The position numbers and the translations under genes were made by a program. From the NCBI GenBank assembly GCA_040182905.1, contig JARQWU010000038.1:1-54525 (forward strand): a stretch of DNA of 54,525 nucleotides, read 5' to 3'. The notes beneath the pieces were generated by a model. That model worked only from the letters and a program-made list of their open reading frames with translations. It made no database searches and had not been told where the DNA came from. This stretch comes from Barthelona sp. PAP020. Its lineage: Eukaryota. Shown one piece after another: positions 1 through 10,496 of this stretch (position 1 is its first letter; the number at the start of each line of letters is the position of its first letter).

Positions 1-149
1 AAAGAATTCATAATCTCTGTGAATGATTCTAGATTGGGTATTCGATTCTTACCCTTTGATCGCCAGTTTGCAACAAAAATAATGTCAACTTCCTTTTCCT
101 TCAGTTCAATTATCTTTCTAAGGTATGCAATGTCAGTGTTAACAACCAT
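1..149 (-). CDS. 5' fragment of a hypothetical protein running off the window (MVVNTDIAYLRKIIELKEKEVDIIFVANWRSKGKNRIPNLESF...)
   Basis: ATG at 149 on the minus strand, frame open to position 1, A/T-rich upstream flank; no recognisable motif. Confidence 0.4.
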   Translation of the reverse strand, partial: MVVNTDIAYLRKIIELKEKEVDIIFVANWRSKGKNRIPNLESFTEIMNS

Positions 150-913
150 TGTGTGAAAAAAAGAAATTAAAAAAAGCTAAAGTAAAATTTGATCTTTTAA
201 AAAAAGTTTATAATATTTTTCCAGGAGTAATCAGTCGTTGTTTTAATTCTGTTGTTGTCCAAATGAAATAAGTAGATTAAGTAGACGAGTACGTGATATT
301 TTTTTTAATGTGTTTTTGATTCTTTCTTGAGATCTCCTTTTTCGAATTGAAGCAGCCAATTGAGCTTTTGACATTAATTTAAACATTGCCAAAATGTCAC
401 ACAATTATGAAAGTTTGTCATGATGATGTTTGTTCGAATATTTTTAACAAAAGACATTGTTCCAATGTATTGTTGCAGATTTGTTGATGCAGTGATGGTG
501 TTGACATATTTGCACTCACGAAATTCACAAATTAAACTTGCAAAAGTGCGATATTTATCTTCTTTTTTTCTTCCATTGAAAGAACCTTTTTCACTTCTTC
601 AATGAGAGTCTCCAACGTTGTTAGTGTGACAACCTTCAATTTAACTAATAAAATCAACATCATTTATTATCAATATTTTTTGTTCTTGTTGTGTTGGGCT
701 TCAATAATTGACATCAAAATCTCAAAAAAAAAATAGAAGTGACCCTATATTTTGCTCCAGTAGTGACATAAACTTATTTACAGTGAAAAGAAACCCAAAG
801 AGTCATTTTAGTGAATTTCGGAAAAATACAGGGTGTGAGATCCAGACTGAAAGCACATTGTGTAAATTCAGGTTGTGTCTTTGGAAAGAACTTCTGACAC
901 TGCTTTTTTTGTA

Positions 914-1122
914 TTATTAGATATTTATGAGGTATGAGTTGCTCAGTGAACAACGAAACGAGTTAGCTTAAGGTTTGGGAAAAACTCACGTGGATTCAGA
1001 TGCCCAAGTAACTTAAAAAATTGGACCTAAAGGTGGTCAAGAAACAACAAATAAAGGATGATATTTGATGACCTCTTTATATCTCCAATAAATTCCGTTC
1101 ATTGAGCATGAACTTCCACATT
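914..1122. repeat. Dispersed ~210 bp repeat, copy 1 (putative non-autonomous element or structured RNA)
   Basis: Direct-orientation copy of 23787-23997 with about 8 substitutions and 2 nt of indel; 12-bp subterminal inverted repeat TGCTCAGTGAAC/GTTCATTGAGCA. Confidence 0.9.
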
Positions 1123-1337
1123 TCTAAAAATTTTTCGTCCCAATTTCTTTTGGTATCTGGCAAAAACAAAATTTTAGGGTTGAATCTTTCCCTTAGAAAA
1201 CCCAAAGTTTTTCAACAGATCAATTGGCCTCCAAATTAATTAACCAACCAAATAGACACAAATTTTTATTATTCACTCATTTTTACAGTGTTTATTGGCC
1301 TGGAAATAAAAATAAAAGCAAAAATAAAAGAATTAGT

Positions 1338-2447
1338 TTATGTTTGATCACTTTGTTGGAAAAACAACAATGAACCCATTAACGATTGTAAATCGTACCT
1401 GAGAAGAAAAGAATTAATCTCATTTTGATTAAAGAAGAATTTCAAGAAGAAACTTTGAAAAATTCGCTTTTTTCTTGTGCCAAAATACACTGTTTTTAAA
1501 TCTTTGTTATTTATCACATTAGAAGGTAAATCCATCGTTTTTTCAATGTCAAAATCTTTAGGTAACAGATCTTCAAAGTGTTGTTTCAATTCTTCTTCAT
1601 CATAATGCACAACCTGTTTCAAAAAAGATAAGGGCTCCAGTTCATCACTCATAGTTAAACCGGATGTAAGCAACTTTTTCATTTTTTTTATTCCTTTTGA
1701 TCCACCTTCAACAATCAAAAAACTACTCAGTTTATTAGAGTTTCCCAAAACAATTCCTAATAACCCAGTCATCTTCCTGCTTTGGCATAAACTCAAAATT
1801 TTTCCAATGTTGAGCTTAGTGACAAAGAAATGAGCCGGTAAAAAAATTCCCACATCTATTTGTCTTCGGACAACATCTAATTCTAATCCTTTGTGATACT
1901 TGTTATATTTTTTTTGTTTCTTACTCAAGGTATTTCTTTTGTTTCTTTCGTTGTGCTCTAATTGTCGTTGAGATATCACTTCTAACACAGAATTAGCACT
2001 TTCAGTAGGATTGTTGATAAAATCACTGTTGGTTGATTCAATAAATTTCTTTAAACTGATTTTATGAACCTTAGAAGTATCCTCCAAACCTAATCTTTGA
2101 CGATCTCGTCTTTCTTTCATCTCTAATTCAATTCTTTCTCTTCTTTCCTTTCGTTTTTCTTCTTCAGTCTTATAAAATGGTATTTCAACATGCTCTTCTT
2201 TTATCTTTAACATTTCTGGAATTTTTACTTTTTCAGAAACAATAACATTCTCATCCCATGGTTCAATCTCAGGAAGTGAAAGAAAATAATCAAGTTGTAA
2301 TTGAGTGCCTGTATCGAACAAATCCTTTATATTTTCACTTTCTTGATAATTTACTGTTCGTTCAAAGTTACATGCTTCTTTTTGCAAATTAAATTGATTA
2401 TTCACATTAGTGGTCGCTAAATTGATAAAACTTTTTCGTTTAACCAT
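1338..2447 (-). CDS. PRP3: U4/U6 snRNP protein Prp3-like, divergent
   Basis: Prp3-type motifs RRDRQRLGL..KISL, RQLEHNERN, and C-terminal LIVEGGSKGIKKMKKLL. Confidence 0.75.
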   Translation of the reverse strand: MVKRKSFINLATTNVNNQFNLQKEACNFERTVNYQESENIKDLFDTGTQLQLDYFLSLPEIEPWDENVIVSEKVKIPEMLKIKEEHVEIPFYKTEEEKRKERRERIELEMKERRDRQRLGLEDTSKVHKISLKKFIESTNSDFINNPTESANSVLEVISQRQLEHNERNKRNTLSKKQKKYNKYHKGLELDVVRRQIDVGIFLPAHFFVTKLNIGKILSLCQSRKMTGLLGIVLGNSNKLSSFLIVEGGSKGIKKMKKLLTSGLTMSDELEPLSFLKQVVHYDEEELKQHFEDLLPKDFDIEKTMDLPSNVINNKDLKTVYFGTRKKRIFQSFFLKFFFNQNEINSFLLRYDLQSLMGSLLFFQQSDQT

Positions 2448-2476
2448 AAAAGAAAAAAATAAAAATGTATTTTGGT

Positions 2477-2932
2477 TTATTTTATCATTAATCTTTCAGC
2501 ATTAATCAATGAAAATTGTTTAAGTGGTTTATTTCCTTTGTTAGATTTGATTTGTTGAATCACTTTTGATTTTATTGGTGAAGTAAAACATCTTCTTGTC
2601 GAATTTTGTCGAATTGCAGGCATTGGTGGATATTGGAAATCATTTTCATTATCATCAACCTTTTGTGAATCACTATTAGATGTTTGATCATCATTTCTTT
2701 CACATTCTCTGATTTCATTTTCCGAATCATTTGTTTTCAAATACAGATCTACAATTGATGCATTTTGAAGAATTAATGGACTCGCTATATTTTTTGGAGC
2801 AACAAATTTAAAGGGACTGCCAAAAGTAAAGAGTTTTCTGTTTGATGTATGGTCATTTGGAGTTTCTGTTTCAACATGAATTTGATTTGGTTTAGATGTT
2901 AGAGGTGTTTCAAATTGATTCTGTTTTGTCAT
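2477..2932 (-). CDS. Hypothetical low-complexity protein
   Basis: Open frame; likely true ATG (MTKQNQFETP) at 2932 rather than the upstream ORF-track start; S/T-P rich. Confidence 0.5.
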   Translation of the reverse strand: MTKQNQFETPLTSKPNQIHVETETPNDHTSNRKLFTFGSPFKFVAPKNIASPLILQNASIVDLYLKTNDSENEIRECERNDDQTSNSDSQKVDDNENDFQYPPMPAIRQNSTRRCFTSPIKSKVIQQIKSNKGNKPLKQFSLINAERLMIK

Positions 2933-3069
2933 TACACTTCCAAATTCTTGAAAAGTTTCCTGAAAATTGATGCAGGCACAATTTTTTTTTTTTAACAATA
3001 AAAAATAATAATTAATCATTGATATATTTATACAAAATGTAGAATACTGAACCAAGAATGAACATACGA

Positions 3070-3654
3070 CTACAGTTGAACCTTAACACTCTCAACCAAA
3101 ATATGTGTCCTTTTTTTCAAATCATTCAATTTATTCTCGAGAATAGGCTTTCTGTCATCATCATCATCTAAACGAGAAATCAAATTTTGAAGTCTATGTA
3201 AAAGCGAAGTAAAATAGTAAATTTTTTTCTTTATCCTTTCAACACGGAAAGAGTAAGACATAGATGACGAAGGAATAATTATTTTATTGTATAAAGGAGG
3301 TGATGTATTTACAACCAATCTTAAAGTGGGATAATTGGATAAATCTACATGAGAATCTAACAATTTATCGACAATGTTTTTCGCTTTGACTTCAAAATTT
3401 TCGCATTGCTGTTTAAAATCAGAAAAAACACCACTTTCCAAAGAATTTTTAAAACTCTGTGTTCTTTTAAAATATTCTTCCCAGCTTTGTAATAATGACA
3501 GTAAAGACAAGTTGATCGACTTTTGTTGAACAAATTTTGAATTCTTTTTTTTGAAAAATTGGTCTGAAGCTTGTTTTCGTCGAACAAATCCTTTTTCAAT
3601 GACTTTTAATTCCCTATTATGCATATCCCATCGTTCTTTCAGATTAATCACCAT
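3070..3654 (-). CDS. Hypothetical helical/coiled-coil protein
   Basis: About 195-codon frame from ATG 3654; no recognised domain. Confidence 0.5.
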   Translation of the reverse strand: MVINLKERWDMHNRELKVIEKGFVRRKQASDQFFKKKNSKFVQQKSINLSLLSLLQSWEEYFKRTQSFKNSLESGVFSDFKQQCENFEVKAKNIVDKLLDSHVDLSNYPTLRLVVNTSPPLYNKIIIPSSSMSYSFRVERIKKKIYYFTSLLHRLQNLISRLDDDDDRKPILENKLNDLKKRTHILVESVKVQL

Positions 3655-3962
3655 GTGAGACAAAAAAGGATATTGTTTGAAAAAAGAAGAAAAGAACAAT
3701 AAAAATCCTTAAATTTATGTAAAAATTACCTAATCTTAAATGATGTTTATTATTTGTTCAACATTATGCCACAATAAAACAAAATTTCAATTTCTCCAGA
3801 AATGTTTTCAAAATATGGGTATCAGATTCTAATCTATTTGGAGTGTCAAACTACTAATATTTCTTAAGATTCTTTTGCAAAAAACTGATTTCGGAAAAAC
3901 AAATATCTTTAAGTATTTACGCGATTTTTGTGTGAAATTTTCATAAAAATGAAATCAATTGT

Positions 3963-4560
3963 TTAATTTATTCTTTGGTAGAGATATGGCTCATCACTAT
4001 CCTCAATTACTTCCAAATCATTGTTGGTTTTATCTAGTGGATCATTTGCAAATTTAACCAATTCATCTTTGAAGGTTACCATAACATTTCCAAAATCCTT
4101 GGTATATCGAATACTTGCTGAAGAAAAAGAATCCCATAAATGATACAATCCTCTTTTTGTATACCAAGGTGTTACTTGATCTCTGTGTAATATTGGATTA
4201 TTCATATAAAAAATGAATGGTGAAGTGTTATAGCTTACTAATAAATTTGAAGAAGGTTGAAAACCCAAAACACAAAGAAAGATTTTAAAGACCTTCGAAA
4301 CAATATCATTAATACTAAAGAAAATGTGCTTTTAACATCAAGCAACATGTAAGATGGAAATGAAAATATTTCAATTCAGTAAATATTTTTTTGGCTAAAG
4401 TTGCTGTGAACATCAACAGATATTAAGTAATGAAATACAATTATTTTCAAAAAGTTTAACAGCACATTGTCAAAAATTTCGTTCTGACAGGCAAAAATAG
4501 GTTTCATCAAATGAAAAACACCAAGATACCGCAAAGTTCAATCGTACATGGGGTTTTAAT
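3963..4560 (-). pseudogene. Probable decayed gene; intact 3' end (3963-4268) without ATG, frame-broken coding-like sequence upstream
   Basis: ORF starts at TTG; upstream protein-like frames are interrupted by stops and no convincing GT..CTAAY..AG intron rescues them. Confidence 0.3.
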
Positions 4561-4825
4561 CAATATACATGATGAAAAAAATGATCATTTGGTAGAATTT
4601 CCCAAATTAGAGAGAGATTATTTTTTATGTTAGCCTATTCGTTGTGTTTGAGATAGTATGATTGCTATTCTGTGGATGGGTTATTCATATTCATTCATGA
4701 AAACGTTTGTAAATTTTTCACGCTATGTTCCTTTTCTATAATTAAATGAAACACTTGCAATGAATGAATAAATGGAATTGTTTTGAAAAAATTAATGATA
4801 TAAATGGTGTGAACAATTTTTTTTT

Positions 4826-5122
4826 ATGCATCCATTTAGTTTTTCGCCGAACCCAAAAAAACAAATTGATAGTCAAATATTTACACCTTCTAGGTATCAA
4901 CAAACTTTATTAAATCAACAGGGGCAAAGTGAAATTTCGATTTCACATTTATCACCATATGATCGAAGAATAATTGTTAAACAAACGCATATTTCTGGAT
5001 GTGAAGACAAAAAAACAATATTAAAACCTTTATCAAATCAAAAAACACAAATTAAAAAAACACCATATACAAAGACAAAAAATACAGTTTCTTCGCTTCC
5101 AAAAATGAGTATTGTTGAGTAA
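4826..5122 (+). CDS. Hypothetical small protein, possibly truncated
   Basis: ATG after a T-run, 98 codons; no domain recognised. Confidence 0.35.
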   Translation: MHPFSFSPNPKKQIDSQIFTPSRYQQTLLNQQGQSEISISHLSPYDRRIIVKQTHISGCEDKKTILKPLSNQKTQIKKTPYTKTKNTVSSLPKMSIVE

Positions 5123-5412
5123 ATTATAGGTAATTTTTTTATATCTCTTAAATTACGCAAGTCATATGTAAATAATGATAATTTGCAGCGGAAAATGATC
5201 AAAATAATAGTATGCTATTGAAATAAATGATTATATGATCAAAAATGCGAAAGAACGTATCTTTTTGATATTTTGAAAGTTGACATCAACTCAAAATTGA
5301 AGAAAAAGTCAGCTGATCATTTGTGCAAAATTGTTAAAAGACAAATTGCAATTGTTCAATTAATTCAACAGCTGTTGAGTTTTAAAAGACAAGAATTTTT
5401 TTTTGTTTCAGA

Positions 5413-5979
5413 ATGTCTTATGTGTTATTGTCTTCAATTCCTTTAGATGGAAAATCTTTGAAAGAAATTTTACTTCCTGATTTAATCGATGATATTTTTG
5501 TTAAATATGTTGTTGATGATGAATTCATGGTTTATTCCAAACTAAAATCAAAATACCATCTTTCGACATGGTTTGTTGAAAATCATGTGGCTGATTCTGC
5601 AGATACTCACTTTATTATTCCGGTTTCACCTTGTTTTTTTCTTCTAAAACATTTAACTCCATCTGATATTGAAAAGAGGTCTATTTCATTCAGTGAATTA
5701 TTAGGTAATTACGAAATGGACGAAGAACAAAGCCTTGTTTATGGTTTTTTATTAAATAAAGCATTTAACGACTTATGTCAAACAATTAGTGATGATGAAT
5801 ACAAGTTGTCCAAAGAATTGATTGATATGTTTTGCAAGAAAATATGGAAAATAGGTGAAAAATATGGGGGTTCAGTCAGTTCTGATGGTTTTGATCCCAA
5901 CATGATTCCTGATGTATTGGGTTTATTCTTGTCGCCGAAATGGATTGAATATTCCATGAAATTGAAGAAGAATGAATAG
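5413..5979 (+). CDS. RNASEH2B: Ribonuclease H2 subunit B-like
   Basis: STWFVENHVADSADTHFIIPVSPCFFLLKHL resembles the RNase H2B SWF...PxDPLFLLL signature; shorter than typical. Confidence 0.55.
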   Translation: MSYVLLSSIPLDGKSLKEILLPDLIDDIFVKYVVDDEFMVYSKLKSKYHLSTWFVENHVADSADTHFIIPVSPCFFLLKHLTPSDIEKRSISFSELLGNYEMDEEQSLVYGFLLNKAFNDLCQTISDDEYKLSKELIDMFCKKIWKIGEKYGGSVSSDGFDPNMIPDVLGLFLSPKWIEYSMKLKKNE

Positions 5980-6661
5980 ATGTCATTTTAACCGGTAAAT
6001 TTTGCAAATTTTTATGAATAGCTTGATAAAAATGCAAGAAATTTTGGATCGTTTTTTTGAATGGTTCAAAGGGAGGATCGGATCAACAAAATGTTTTGTT
6101 GATTGTTTAAATTTTTATTGCATTTCAATAGACAAAAGTTCGAAAGAATTTTTTCGTAAATTCTTACATTTTTTATTATTTTTGAACAAAAACTTGCTGT
6201 TTTTGTGAAATGTAATACGGATAGTAAAAATCGGGATTTTTCAAATTGAATGGAAAAAAGACCCACATAATACATACAAATGACAATCAATTACTTTTTA
6301 ATTGTATTACAATTGAAAAAATTCATTAAAAAAGGGAAATTTTGAAAAAAATCCCCTGTTAAGAAAGAATGTGACTTGAATGAATATCATGAACAAAAAT
6401 CTAATTTCAAGTTTATATGAATTTGAATAAAAAACCAAAATTAAAAAATTTGAAGAACCAAATATCATAATTGTTAAATGATTGAAAAATCGGTAAATTA
6501 ACAAATAAAATTTGAAAGTTGTGAGAAATTAAAAAAAATCTTGAAAAAAGAAAGAATCTTTCAATGTGGTATTTTTTGAAAATCTTCTAAAAACAGAACT
6601 TGGATTTAAAACCCTTTTTTACCCATCGTGGTTTTATTTGTATTGAATAATCCCTTTTAAT

Positions 6662-7618
6662 ATGCTTTTTGATGTTGAAGAAAGAAATTCCATTGAAGAT
6701 GAGCAATTTTCTTTTGTGGCAACTCCTTTAGTTTTGATTCATGGAATATTAGCGGATAAGGAGGTGTGGAATCCTGTGTTAAAGCATATTAAAAAGAAAA
6801 TGCCTAAATCGAGAGTCATTTGTATTGAAATTGGTAATGGTTATAGAGATAGCCTTGAAATGCCTTTAATGGAACAATTAACAATATTTGCACAAATAGT
6901 CAGAGAACATCCAAGTCTTCAAAATGGCTTTGATATCTTATCACATAGTCAAGGTGGAATTTTAGCCAGAGGATACATCCAATTTTATTCTTTTTTAGAT
7001 GTTTATCCCAAAGTTAGACGATTAGTTCAAATTTTCTCTCCAAATGGTGGAGTTTATGGAATTCCAAATTTTACAAATTATTTATCAAAACCTTTGTTGT
7101 GTTGTTGTGGTTCATCCCCATACTGGTGTTATTTTAATGAATATTCTTTTGCTGGTTATTGGAGGGATCCATATAATTTATCAACTTACAAAAGAATTGA
7201 TTCATTTTTAGCGAGATTAAACCAAGTTTCAGATCTTTCATCACAGTTAGAAAAAGAAAGAAGCAAAAAAACCATCACTAATTTGGACGGTATGTTGTTG
7301 TTGAGTTCATGCAATGACACAACAGTTTTACCCTCAACATCATGTTTTTTTGATGAATATGCACCAAATTCAAAAGATATTATTGGTTTAGAAGATGAAA
7401 ATCATTCACTCAATCAGAGAGGAGATGATCCGTTGGGTTTGTTGGAAATGAAAAGGAAAAAGAGAGTGCACAAATGTAGTGTCACTATTAATCATGAAGA
7501 AGCAACTTTCATGCGAGCTCAAAAAATGTACGATGAAGTAATTATTCCCTTTTTATTGTGTGATGATGTAACCACAGCCAAATTTTCGGATTTGATAGAA
7601 ATTGTTGTAAATATTTAG
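6662..7618 (+). CDS. Palmitoyl-protein thioesterase (alpha/beta hydrolase)
   Basis: PLVLIHGI, nucleophile motif SHSQGGILARGYIQ, SPNGGVYGIP, YWRDP, D-TTVLP. Confidence 0.85.
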   Translation: MLFDVEERNSIEDEQFSFVATPLVLIHGILADKEVWNPVLKHIKKKMPKSRVICIEIGNGYRDSLEMPLMEQLTIFAQIVREHPSLQNGFDILSHSQGGILARGYIQFYSFLDVYPKVRRLVQIFSPNGGVYGIPNFTNYLSKPLLCCCGSSPYWCYFNEYSFAGYWRDPYNLSTYKRIDSFLARLNQVSDLSSQLEKERSKKTITNLDGMLLLSSCNDTTVLPSTSCFFDEYAPNSKDIIGLEDENHSLNQRGDDPLGLLEMKRKKRVHKCSVTINHEEATFMRAQKMYDEVIIPFLLCDDVTTAKFSDLIEIVVNI

Positions 7619-8015
7619 CAGTTCACACATTATTGTTTTATGTTCATTTTTGCATTCATGATTTAGTTAGAGTGATGTCAAATTAATGAATGAATGAAGT
7701 GAAAGAAAGATAAGTGAGAGAAGGAAAAAGAATTGAACATGGATTACATCACATTAGTTTGGTCGACCAATTCTAACCAAGATTCAGCCTGTATTTGAAG
7801 GTATATTGGAGTGAATAGATTCAAAAACACTGCTTATTTGGTAAATGTTTTTCAAAGCCTGTAAAAGAACAGGAATTTGAAAAAGATTTTTTTTTCTTTT
7901 TTACTTCATGCCAACTATTACTGTTACTCAGTTTTTAAAAATATATGTATGCTGTTTTTAGCTCTTATTAACCCCAATAAATAACAAAAACTCACTTTAT
8001 ATAAATTAAAACACA

Positions 8016-8840
8016 CTATTCGTGCAACATAACCAAAGTGAATGCCATTATTATCATCCCAACTATTACACCTATAATTGCATGATGATGTTTTGCTGTT
8101 TTTATTGCAATTGGCAACAACTCATCTAACGAAATATATATCATAATCCCTGCAATCGCAGCTAGAGTCACACCAAAAAATGTTTCATTTATTCCTTGAA
8201 TAAATAGGAAATAAGCCAAAACAGCTCCCAAAAGTTCACTCAAGCCACTCAAAGTGCCCAAAATAAAGGCTTTCTTTTTACTTTTTGTAGAATAATATAG
8301 AGGAACAGATACAGAAACCCCTTCTGGAATGTTATGAATACAAATAGCAATAGCAACACCTATCCCACTCACAGGGTTGTTTAACATTGACACAAAAGAC
8401 CCAATACCTTCTGGAAAATTATGTATAGCTATAGCTATTGTGGAAGATACTGCTGTTTTAAAAAGATTTTTCGCCTCATCTTCGGTATCAATGTTCGTTT
8501 TAGAAACATCTTCATCTTGAACTTCATGTGGGTTTCCAAAAGAAGGTATTAACAAATCAATAAGTGCAATTATTCCAATACCACAAAAAAATGAAATGGT
8601 AGTGATAAGATAAGCTGTTTTAGATGAAAATTTGGTCAATAATCTTGTATTTGCTTCAGGAAATATTTCAATCATTGAAATATAAATCATTACTCCTGCA
8701 CTTAACCCCAAAGAGACACTAAGAAATGACTTATCAAATTCTTTTGAAAAAAACACCACTGCTGCACCAATACTGGTCGATAATCCTGCTATTAACGTTG
8801 AAAGGAAGGCAAGTAAAACTGTGTTTGATGAAAAATTCAT
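8016..8840 (-). CDS. zupT: ZIP-family zinc transporter, ZupT type
   Basis: AGLSTSIG, LGLSAGVMIYISMIEIF, HNFPEG, HNIPEG, ISLDELLP; about 8 TM segments. Confidence 0.9.
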   Translation of the reverse strand: MNFSSNTVLLAFLSTLIAGLSTSIGAAVVFFSKEFDKSFLSVSLGLSAGVMIYISMIEIFPEANTRLLTKFSSKTAYLITTISFFCGIGIIALIDLLIPSFGNPHEVQDEDVSKTNIDTEDEAKNLFKTAVSSTIAIAIHNFPEGIGSFVSMLNNPVSGIGVAIAICIHNIPEGVSVSVPLYYSTKSKKKAFILGTLSGLSELLGAVLAYFLFIQGINETFFGVTLAAIAGIMIYISLDELLPIAIKTAKHHHAIIGVIVGMIIMAFTLVMLHE

Positions 8841-9120
8841 TGTACAGTGGAAGTCAAAAATATCAATGATTGATTGTTGGACAATTTCATCAATTTCATC
8901 TTCGTATTATGTTCTTTGTTATAAACAAATGAATAATTATCGGCATTCAAATACTGAATTATCAATCAAAGAAAAGTATAACAAAACTATTTGTTCAACT
9001 TTTAAATTCTCTTTGTTTATGTGCAATTGTTATAATGTTGTAAGAATTAATTTACAAATATGAAAAATAAAAACAAAAAGCCTGTGAATACACAACAAAT
9101 GAAAAACAGAGAAAACTAAT

Positions 9121-10496
9121 TTATAATTCATCATGCAAAGCATCTTTTAAAGCAGCTTTAAACTCATCAATTTCCTTTTGTAAAGGTTTTATTTGTTCCA
9201 TTTGACAAGCTAAGGGTGTAAAGTATTCCACCTCATAAACACACAAAGAAGTCTCACTGACAGTTTTTAATTCATGTTCATCAGAACATCTAAAATTCAT
9301 CAAACATTTTCTCAAAGGACCATCAGTGCCACATCTATCGCCATTTTCAAAATGCATTATAACCTTACCATTGATGTAATCAGTTTCCAACTTTGTGAAT
9401 GTTCCAACTTTGGCCAAATGTCCACCAGAATTCATCTGTTGATCAACTCTATCGAAAGGCTTGATGACATATTTAAATTTTCCATCAGATCCATTCAACT
9501 CTTCTCCCAAAAAGCTGTCAAATTCGTGATTTGCACCAGTGAAGGTCTCATCCAACTTTTTCAACTTCTCCAATTCATCAAAAACTTGAGTAAGTTTATC
9601 GTTTGTATCTCTTAATGCTTCTTCCGTTTCTTTAAATTCTATAAAGGTTAGTATACTTCAAAATAACCAAAGCAAAAAATAAAATTTCAAAAACAGGTTT
9701 TGAAATTCTGCTCACAAACAAAACTGTTTCCATAACGAAGATGACTAGTGTAATAAAGAAAATCAGAATCAGAATCAGAATCAGGGATCTTTGAGACATC
9801 TGACACATCAAATTTCTTTTCTTTCTTCATTAACTTCAGCAAAAATGTTCGAAACTTTCCCTTTGTTTGTAAAATGAAGGCATTAGCATTACCATTTTCT
9901 TTAATGTGTTCTTCTTGATCAATTTCAGTGTCTGTATCAATTGCCGTCTTCAATTGAGTTAATATCCCTTCATAAAATTGCTTTTCTAAAATTAAATCAT
10001 CATGTTCTCTCTCCAATAGTTGAATTTTCTCTTCACGCTGTTTACGATGGAAATTAGCTTCTTTAACCAATTCATCTCTTTTAGATAGTGATCTGTTGAT
10101 GATTTTTATTTTTTCTTCCATTTGTTTAATCTTTTCAACAGCAAATGAAACACAAGTATTTGCACAACGTCCTTTGGGTTCATCAGTTCCATCACAACAG
10201 TCACAAATCCCATCATCAACTCGAGAAGAAGGAAGAATCATGGGTTTGCTCAAATGATTGTAACAATAAAACTCTCCATTCGAACAAGCACTCGTTCCTG
10301 GTTCATCAGTTCCATCAGCACAATCACAATAATCATCATTCACTTGATCAATTGAAATCTTTGTTTTTCCATCATCACAAATGAAAATGTCATTTTGGTA
10401 ATTCTTTAGTTTGTCCGGATGAACTCCTCGAAACCTTTGTTCAAAACACAATATTGAAGGTAGTATTACTAATGTCAAAAGGATTATTCGATACAT
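9121..10496 (-). CDS. PRKCSH: Glucosidase II beta subunit (PRKCSH), 2 exons: 9725-10496 and 9121-9638
   Basis: Signal peptide, NDDYCDCADGTDEPGTSAC, DGICDCCDGTDE, coiled coil, MRH domain (ENGDRC..CVYEVEYFTPLAC), C-terminal HDEL; the two ORFs join in frame via a phase-1 intron. Confidence 0.92.
9639..9724 (-). other. Spliceosomal intron, 86 nt (alternative donor at 9736 gives 98 nt)
   Basis: GTTTTG...TACTAAC CTTTATAG; restores frame; acceptor well supported, donor ambiguous. Confidence 0.7.

Noticed and set aside
928..962. Hammerhead-like string TGA-GTTG..CAAC-GAAAC at the left end of the repeat
   Set aside because: The required CUGANGA core reads GGTATGA/GTTATGA in the two copies and no stem III with an NUH cleavage triplet could be built; not a credible active ribozyme
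5109..5210. Intron that might extend the 4826 ORF
   Set aside because: Candidate GT/AG pairs lack an NCTAAY branch site and do not lead into a sustained open frame
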